A DNA stretch of 39,700 nt from Octopus sinensis (taxonomy: Eukaryota), in NCBI RefSeq assembly GCF_006345805.1, contig NW_021835323.1:1-39700 (forward strand), read 5' to 3'. Positions 32,576 through 39,700 of this stretch are shown piece after piece. The stretch's first letter is position 1. Each line of letters begins with the position of its first letter. The notes below the pieces were generated by a model that worked only from the letters and a program-made list of their open reading frames with translations, was not told the origin of the DNA and made no database searches. The position numbers and the translations under genes are program-made.

Positions 32576-33159
32576 CTCTCACTTAATAATAATATTATTA
32601 ATAATAATAATAATAATAATAATTATAATAATAATTCTGGCACAAGGCCACCAATTTTGGGGGAGGGATTATATCGATCCCAATGTTCAACCAGTCCTTA
32701 TTTTATCAACTCCGAAAAAGATGAAAGGCAAAGTCAACCTCGGCGGAAAAAATAATAATGATAATGTTTCGAATTTTGGCAGAAGAGCAGCAATCTAGAG
32801 AGAAAGGGAGCAGATGATAGTATCGATAATAGAACTTCACTGGTCCTTTATTTTATCCCTCACCCCCAGATTCTACCTCTTCTTGACTCTGATTCATTTG
32901 AAAACCCATGCAGGTTACATATGCTTCTCCTCTCTAATACTCAAACGTTTCACCGCTCCCATTTCAGAGAGTGGAGCCTCCTTATGGACACGTATATGTA
33001 GAGTGGGTCAGCACTCTCCGATCCCTACCAAAATATCAGTTACTTTTGCATCATGTCTCCCTCCTCTCTCACTCTTTTAAACATGTTTGTTTCTTCTATC
33101 GCTCACTGAATTTCAATCATCAAACACTCTTCAATCAAATATCTTCTGGATCTGAGGAG

Positions 33160-33573
33160 CAGGAGTGGCTGTGTGGTAAGTAGCTTGCTTACCAACCACA
33201 TGGTTCCGGGTTCAGTCCCACTGCGTGACACCTTGGGGAAGTGTCTTCTGCTATAGCCCCGGGTCAACCAAAGCCTTGTGAGTGGATTTGGTAGACGGAA
33301 ACTGAAAGAAGCCCGTCGTATACATGTGTATATATACATGTAATATATATATATGTATGTGTTTGTGTTTGTCCCCCCAACATCGCTTGACAACCGATGC
33401 TGGTGTGTTTATGTCCCCATAACTTAGCGGTTCGGCAAGAGAGACCGATAGGATAAGTACTATGCTTACAAAGAATAAGTCCTGGGGTCGATTTGCTCGA
33501 CTAAAGGCGGTGCTCCAGCATGGCCACAGTCAAATGAGTGAAACAAGTAAAAGAGTAAAAGAGTAAAAGAGAG
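33160..33573 (+). mobile_element. SINE family C, full length
   Basis: Matches the 2706 copy end to end. Confidence 0.87.
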
Positions 33574-33833
33574 AGTATTCATCTCACTTTACTCCTCTCC
33601 GAAGACTTCAAGAGTCACAACTCTTGCTCTTTCTCACTACTTCCATCCTTCCCCGCTCTCATTATTTTCCTCCCTGTGCCGCCAGAGTACTGAAACTGAA
33701 GCTTTCTCACTCCTCAACTCTCTACATTACCCCCCCCCTATTCGCATCCACCACCAACACACAATCACTTCCTCCCTTTGATCTCTGTCTCACATCCAAA
33801 TACAACTTCTGCCAGGCGATAATTGTCTCTGCA

Positions 33834-34251
33834 TAAGGCGGCGGGCTGGCAGAAATGTTAGCACGCCGGACGAAATGCGTAGCCGTATTTCGTCTGTAGT
33901 TACGTTCTGAGTTCAAAATCCGCCGAGGTCGACTTTGCCTTTCATCCTTTCGGGGTCGATAAATTAAGTACCAGTTACGCACTGGGGTCGATGTAATCGA
34001 CTCAATCCGTTTGTTTGTCCTTGTTTGTTCCCTCTATGTTTAGCCCCTTGTGGGTAGTAAAGAAATACGTATTTCGTCTGTAGTTACGTTCTGAGTTCAA
34101 AATCCGCCGAGGTCGACTTTGCCTTTCATCCTTTCGGGGTCGATAAATTAAGTACCGGTTACGCACTGGGGTCGATGTAATCGACTTAATCCGTTTGTCT
34201 GTCTTTGTTTGTCCCCTCTGTGTTTAGCCCCTTGTGGGCAATAAAGAAACA
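33834..34251 (+). mobile_element. SINE family A dimer
   Basis: The second 184-bp unit starts at 34068; 16-bp TSD gataattgtctct(g/a)ca at 33818-33833 and 34252-34267. Confidence 0.92.
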
Positions 34252-35121
34252 GATAATTGTCTCTACATCTGTCAGGTCACCCGACCTCTATCTTATTACA
34301 ACTACCTTTCTTCGACTTCTTAAACATTCCCCAAATCTCAGGCTCTGTCAGCTGATTGATAGCTCTTCCACCAGTTCTATCCTTGGCATTAGTATGCTTC
34401 ACCACTGGCACATGAGGAATAGCTAGGCGTGTGATTGAAACGTCCTCTTAAGCAGGCTTCTTCACCTCTCCCACACAGCTAAAACTGATATTATTATATG
34501 GTTCACTTGTAACCTCAGTGGTCCAGGCAGAACTCCGGACCTACAGTTCCTGGAGAAAATCATAAACCTCTACAAACTGGAAGGCTCTTACTCGGCACCA
34601 GAATTCCTGCAACATCGTTATCCAAACTACGAAAGATGCCCCTACATATCACACAGTCTGCAAAAACTCTTGCCTCCTAAGCTGCAGACAATCATTTTAG
34701 TCATTTATCCAAGAAACTTTACCAAATTGGTGGTATCTCCCTTGTCGCTACTTTTCAACCATGAAGCTTCTGAGAGCAGTACGCCCTCGGAGAAAGCTTC
34801 TTCGCATCGAGCCCATCACTATATACACAAGGTAAAGTTCCACCCATTCACTCCTTTCCATACGCCGAGCACCTCTTGTGGTTTCAAGCCAGCAAGGAAA
34901 CCAGTCCTGACAAATGAACCTTCCATTACCCTAAAAAAAAATTGCTTCAGAGTTTAATACTATTCTCACCAAATTTTTTAATTTTCCCCCTCCCCCTCCC
35001 CCAAACACATCTTCTAAATTCTACCTACCACTCTATCTAACTCACTTCCAACACGTTAAAGGTGACAAAGACAGTCATTAGCAACCTTTCCCAGTCCCTT
35101 CAAGCTTTCTTTCCCTTCTCA

Positions 35122-35335
35122 TTTCTTTATCGCCCACAAGGGGACAAACAAGGACTGACAAACGGATTAAGTCGATTACATCGACCCCAGTGCGTAACTG
35201 ATACTTATTTAATCGACCCCGAAAGGATGAAAGGTAAAGTCGACCTCGGCATAATTTGAACTCAGAACGTAACGGTAGACGAAATACCGCTAAGCATTTC
35301 GCCCGGCGCGCTAACGATTCTGCCGGCCCGCCGCC
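35122..35335 (-). mobile_element. SINE family A monomer with a small 3' deletion
   Basis: Reverse-complement match along its length. Confidence 0.85.
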
Positions 35336-35560
35336 TGTCTCTCCCTTCTTAATAACCACCAACGTCGCTTTCGTAACACCGTGTTTATGCCTTATATGTC
35401 ATTCACCAGGGGGCTCCAGCTTGAGAAACTTGCTCAAAGTACTCTAGTTACCCTCGGCTGTGTGATACGCGGACCTCTATCAAAACTGGCCTTCGATTCA
35501 TTAGACATTCTCTGACACACAATTCTGATGAGCGCTAAGGGTTTAATTTTCGAATGAGTG

Positions 35561-35617
35561 TCTTATACTATAGCCTTGTAAGTAGACTTGGTAGACGGGA
35601 ACTGGAAGAATCCCGTC

Positions 35618-35657
<40 letters not shown>

Positions 35658-35852
35658 GTGTGTGTGTTCCCGACCACCGTTTGGAAATCGGCGTTGGTGT
35701 AGATATGTCCCTGTAACTTAGCAGTTCAGCAAAAGAGACAGATTGATTAAGTACCAAGTTTAAAAATAAGTAAGTACTGGGATCGATTCATTCGACAAAG
35801 AATTCTCAGCATGGTCGCAGTCTAATGACTGAAACCAGTAAAAGATAAAAGA
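35561..35852 (+). mobile_element. Diverged 5'-truncated SINE family C
   Basis: ttggtagacgggaactggaagaatcccgtcg(ta)n ... gtaaaagataaaaga. Confidence 0.75.
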
Positions 35853-36620
35853 TTGTAACAGCTGAGAGTCATAATGGAGTACACTGCCTATGATGGTACT
35901 CTTGCTGGACACCCAGATCACTTCAACTGCAACCAATGGAAGCCCGGTCGACTCATTGCCAGAACACCCTTCAGAAATATCCTATGGGCTCTGAAACTTA
36001 CATGTCTTGTCACTCCCCTCCATACTCTCTTTCTCTATCTCCCTTTTTATTTGGATCTGGTTTACTTTGTGCTCCTCATTCTACCCCCACCCTGCAACTT
36101 TTCCAACTAACACATCTATAGGCCTTTCTTGTCCCCTGTATTCCTCTGTTTTGTGTCCAATTCCCCCATTAGACCCCACCACATTGGCCAATATTGTAGG
36201 TCCTTCCTGGTTAGAATCTCATACCCCCCCCATGGAATTCCTCTGCTGCCCATATTTTACCTACAGCCGCAGACTTACGACGACCCTTCAACGGGGCCAT
36301 TATTGGCACCGGTCCCCGGGGTGTATGGCGGGGTTCCTGCAAAAACCACGAGAACAACCTTTACTTCGAGACCAAACTCTTGAAAATAAGAAATGCAAAT
36401 GTCGTCACCATCACCATCATCGTTATCATTATCACTGCCAACTCCGTTTACTCCATCTCCAATACCACAAGAACCACAAAAATTGCCAGAACCATCACTG
36501 TAACCATTATTATTTATACTACCATTACGACCACCAACGTAATTATAATAATTGTTTCAAATTTCGGCACAAGTTCAGCAATTTTAAGGATAAGGATGTG
36601 TGGATTTCAAGGGCAGGGAT

Positions 36621-36848
36621 GTTAGTTAGTTAGTTAGTTAGTTAATTTGGCTCAAAAGCAAATAGCAAAGCCATTTAGGGGGACATGGAGTTAAGTACAG
36701 GGTGGTGTTCATGTAAAGAGTTCAGGCCACTTGAGGTCAAGGGAGGCTTTGAACAAAGCGGTCGTCGGCATCTTCACCATCTCGTCTGGCAGCTTGTTCC
36801 ACGGATCCGCAACCCGGACGGAGAAAGCTCCTCTCCTTCGATTGAGAT
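36621..36848 (-). mobile_element. CR1-type LINE 3' end with (TAAC)n tail, second copy
   Basis: Minus strand reads HLNRRRGAFSVRVADPWNKLPDEMVKMPTTALFKASLDLKWPELFT*. Confidence 0.87.
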
Positions 36849-36869
36849 GAAATCGTCGCAGGTAGAGCT

Positions 36870-37295
36870 TTTCGGAATGACCCCGCAAGGGATATAGACT
36901 AATACTTATTCTATTGGCTCCGAAAGGATGAAATGCTAAGTGGATCCCAACAGGATTTGAATTCAGAATATAGAGTCAGAACAAATATGTCAAAGCATTT
37001 TTCTGACGTACTGACGACTCTGCCGGCTCGCCGCCTTAATTAATTATCTTTACTATCAGAATCATCAAGGTAATCGACATGGTCACTATTTTCAGAATTT
37101 CAACTCCTTTGCAATGGTTTCAAATTTTGGCACAAGGTCAGTACATCGACTCCTGTGTTTCAAATGGTTCTTTATTTTACAGAACCTGAAAGGATGGAAA
37201 GTAAATTCGACCTCGGCGAAATTTGAACTCAGAACATAAAGACGGGTGAAATGCCGCCGAGCATTTTTACCAGCGTGCAAGCGATTTTGCCAACT
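36870..37295 (-). mobile_element. Two degenerate SINE family A copies (about 36870-37040 and 37120-37295)
   Basis: gaaaggatg...aatttgaa(c/t)tcagaa cores on the plus strand. Confidence 0.65.
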
Positions 37296-37319
37296 TGCCT
37301 CCTTCTCACTCTTTTATAA

Positions 37320-37585
37320 CAAACACACACACACAAACACATACAGACCACACACACACACACACACACATACACACAAACACATACAGACACACATACA
37401 CACACACACACAAACACATACAGACACACACACACACACAAACACATACAGACACACACACACACACACAAACACATACAGACACACACACACATACAGA
37501 CACACACAAACACATACAGACACACATACACACACACAAACACATACAGACACACAACACACACACCACACACACTTACACTCAC
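37320..37585. repeat. Compound (CA)n / cacaaacacatacaga minisatellite
   Basis: Directly visible; source of the HT/CV pseudo-ORFs. Confidence 0.92.
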
Positions 37586-37604
37586 ATTTTATCACTCAAG
37601 AATA

Positions 37605-37707
37605 TAGGCGTTACTCAAGGTGATAGTTTCATGTCAAGGCACTAATTTCGCATTTTGGTATACTAGACACCTTGCTACAAAGCGCTGGGCCGCTTGAGTA
37701 ACACCTG
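37605..37707. mobile_element. Small TA-flanked MITE, 103 bp
   Basis: IR taggcgttactcaag / cttgagtaacacctg with TA on both sides. Confidence 0.65.
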
Positions 37708-37859
37708 TATTATGTTCTCATCTTACAAAGAACAGCTTTGACTATTGTCTTCTGTTTGTCCGGTTATAAACCCAAACGTGCCGAAATGTGTGTGTGAGTG
37801 TGTGTATGTATGTGTGTGTGAGAGAGAGAGAGAGAATGAAAAAGTGTGAGAGAATGAAA

Positions 37860-37900
<41 letters not shown>

Positions 37901-38327
37901 CGTGTATGCTCTGTGTAACGGAACAAAGAATTATGTGACCAAGAAGAGGAGAAAGTAGTACTCAACACGTACTTGAAATTTTTATTGTATTTGTTGTAAT
38001 CTGATAATTTCATTGACCCTTACTCCGAGTTTTATGCTTTCAACTTTCCAACAGCACGCCGGAGATTTGAAACTTGGAGTAACTAACTGTTAGTTAATAT
38101 TTTTAGTTTTGTGTGTGTGTGTGTGTGTGTGTGTGGAGATGTTTTATTTGGAACACATGAATCAGGAGTGCTCAATACATGCTTTAGAATATATGACAAT
38201 TTTTATAGGGAGTTTGTCTCATAACTCGAGTTTTACACAGCTGCGATCTTCAGGCATAACAGTCACGCCTGAAGATCACCGTGGCGTGAAACTCAAGTCG
38301 CGAGATAAACTCTGTTTCAGTTTCACT

Positions 38328-38329
<2 letters not shown>

Positions 38330-38363
<34 letters not shown>

Positions 38364-38428
38364 GCAGGTAGCTAGCAGGCAGGCAGGTAGGTAAGTGGTT
38401 AGGTTAGGTAGGTAGGTAGGTAGGTAGG

Positions 38429-38459
<31 letters not shown>

Positions 38460-38520
38460 GGGGGAGATAGGTAGGTAGGTAGGTAGATAGATAGATAAAT
38501 AGAGAGAGAGAGAGCGAAAG
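38330..38520. repeat. Compound (GATA)/(GGCA)/(GGTA)/(GA) microsatellite beside the PDZ exon donor
   Basis: Directly visible. Confidence 0.92.
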
Positions 38521-38543
38521 AGAGAGTGAATAGATTGCCTTAC

Positions 38544-38692
38544 CTTCTGATTATTAATGGAATCTGTCCCCCTGCAAACTGAAAGACGTCCTGGGCCTGT
38601 TTGTGTGTTAATCCACCGGCGTCTTTGCCGTTCAAACTTAGAAGTATGTCACCACGTTGAAGATACCCAGCAGCCGGAGTGTTCGGAAAAAC
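38544..38692 (-). CDS. Internal exon encoding the C-terminal half of a PDZ domain (Zasp/ALP-Enigma-like PDZ scaffold protein)
   Basis: Acceptor ttatcttctgcag|GTT and donor AGAAG|gtaagg; 149 nt, phase 0 to 2. VFPNTPAAGYLQRGDILLSLNGKDAGGLTHKQAQDVFQFAGGQIPLIIR fits the PDZ betaC-betaF pattern (V.P.sPA..L..GD.i..iNG....lTH..A). Confidence 0.93.
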
Positions 38693-38858
38693 CTGCAGAA
38701 GATAACAAAGTTCTTCATTAATGAACATGTTTTCATTGGTTTCAGTATCAAAGCAAATTTTAAAAAAACGTATTCCTGAGCGTTATACTAATACATCTGT
38801 TTGTTTTGTACACCACCTGTCTTCGTCTTTTGTTTATATATATATATATAACTCCCTA

Positions 38859-38906
<48 letters not shown>

Positions 38907-39144
38907 TGAGTCTAGTTTGTAACTCATCCTGTACCTCTTGTTTTAACTGTCTTCGCACCTCTCTTTTATTCTCTCTCTGTCTCCTTCGCTTTATACAGTG
39001 TAAAGCGTGACTGGAGAAATCTAGAGTTGGTCCTTAGCCTCGGTTATCTGGCGGGAAGTATTAGACGGGGCATAATTATCAGCTTGGCTAAAACGACAGC
39101 CTCTATCGCAGGGAACCATCTCCAATCCGTTTAGTTATTTCACC

Positions 39145-39158
39145 CTGCCACCTAGCGG
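39145..39158 (-). promoter_or_regulatory. Candidate CTCF-binding motif CCGCTAGGTGGCAG
   Basis: Matches the CC(A/G)SYAGRKGGCRS core at every position; motif match only. Confidence 0.35.
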
Positions 39159-39700
39159 CGGCAGACGAAATACAGGACTTGCCCCCAAACTTGCAAAGTG
39201 CACAAACTGACCGAAAGCCAATGAAACGTATAGAACTGATACGATTTGAACCTTCAGACTTGGTGGGAGAATTCGATGACAATTTACCTAGAACTAAACA
39301 CCTGCTGCATAAGAATTGGTCAACTGCATAGTTGTAAAGAATTATTGGACATTGGAAGTCAGGTCGCGATAACATGTGGACACTTAGTTACACCTCCCCT
39401 TCACACATACACACACCTCTTACGTTTTAAGTTCAAATGTTATATGCAATGACCTTGCGTTTCACCAAACAATTTGGGATCGATCGATAAATACTGTTAA
39501 GTACAGAGGATTAATTTCAGTAACTGTACTCCTTCACCGAAATTTCTGGTCTTGTTTTCGTTTTTGGTGCAGTGTCGCAGCTAAAGTGTTTGCTCCTCGG
39601 GGTAGCTCTTGAGTTTGCCGTCCCTTATACAGGCATATACAGCAGCCCCTAAAGTGCAGCCTCTATAAAAGTATCGCCCCGGGGTAGATCGCCCCCATCG

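Larger units (their letters stand above)
33575..36390 (+). pseudogene. Possible highly decayed retroelement coding remnants between the SINE insertions
   Basis: C/T/A-rich plus strand with short protein-like stretches across frameshifts (e.g. AAHILPTAADLRRPFNGAIIGTGPRGVWRG); no diagnostic motif recognised. Confidence 0.25.

Noticed and set aside
35452-35508. Possible alternative first exon MSNESKASFDRGPRITQPR|gtaact
   Set aside because: Mediocre donor, phase 0 is incompatible with the next exon (phase 2), and there is no promoter evidence.
36007-36633. 208-aa plus-strand ORF as a nested gene, or a minus-strand exon ending at gtaagt (about 36275)
   Set aside because: The ORF tail is a CAT/CAC low-complexity tract with no recognisable domain. 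The minus-strand candidate has a stop in the phase required after the PDZ exon.
39664-39671. TATAAAAG box on the plus strand
   Set aside because: It is at the window edge, antisense to the gene and without supporting downstream context.

Overview
Eukaryotic genomic DNA, most likely an octopus (inferred from the repeat families and the density of (TA)n/(CA)n/(AAT)n tracts; no database check was possible). Nearly all of the window is intronic sequence of one minus-strand gene that runs off both ends. Four exons chain with consistent splice phases: 38692-38544 (C-terminal half of a PDZ domain), 28649-28598, 13903-13601 and 4409-3983. A fifth candidate 29-nt microexon (67-39) would stop the frame. 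The protein looks like a Zasp/ALP-Enigma-type PDZ scaffold. The introns are packed with mobile DNA: at least three tRNA-derived SINE families (labelled A, B, C here), an (AAT)n-tailed retroposon (D), CR1-type and RLE-type (R4/Dong-like) LINE remnants, a Penelope-like GIY-YIG remnant, two 566-bp deleted mariners, two 440-bp Helitrons and several MITEs. Three observations stand out. (1) SINE A occurs as multimers that restart at one fixed internal site, with an inverted-repeat junction and one TSD pair around the whole array. (2) A mirror-symmetric block of four repeat families lies at 29.7-32.6 kb. (3) Many foldbacks and inverted TE pairs would make the pre-mRNA rich in dsRNA. There is no CRISPR array, rRNA or genuine tRNA gene. 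Most listed ORFs are microsatellite or repeat artefacts. Novelty of any repeat cannot be established without Dfam/Repbase searches.
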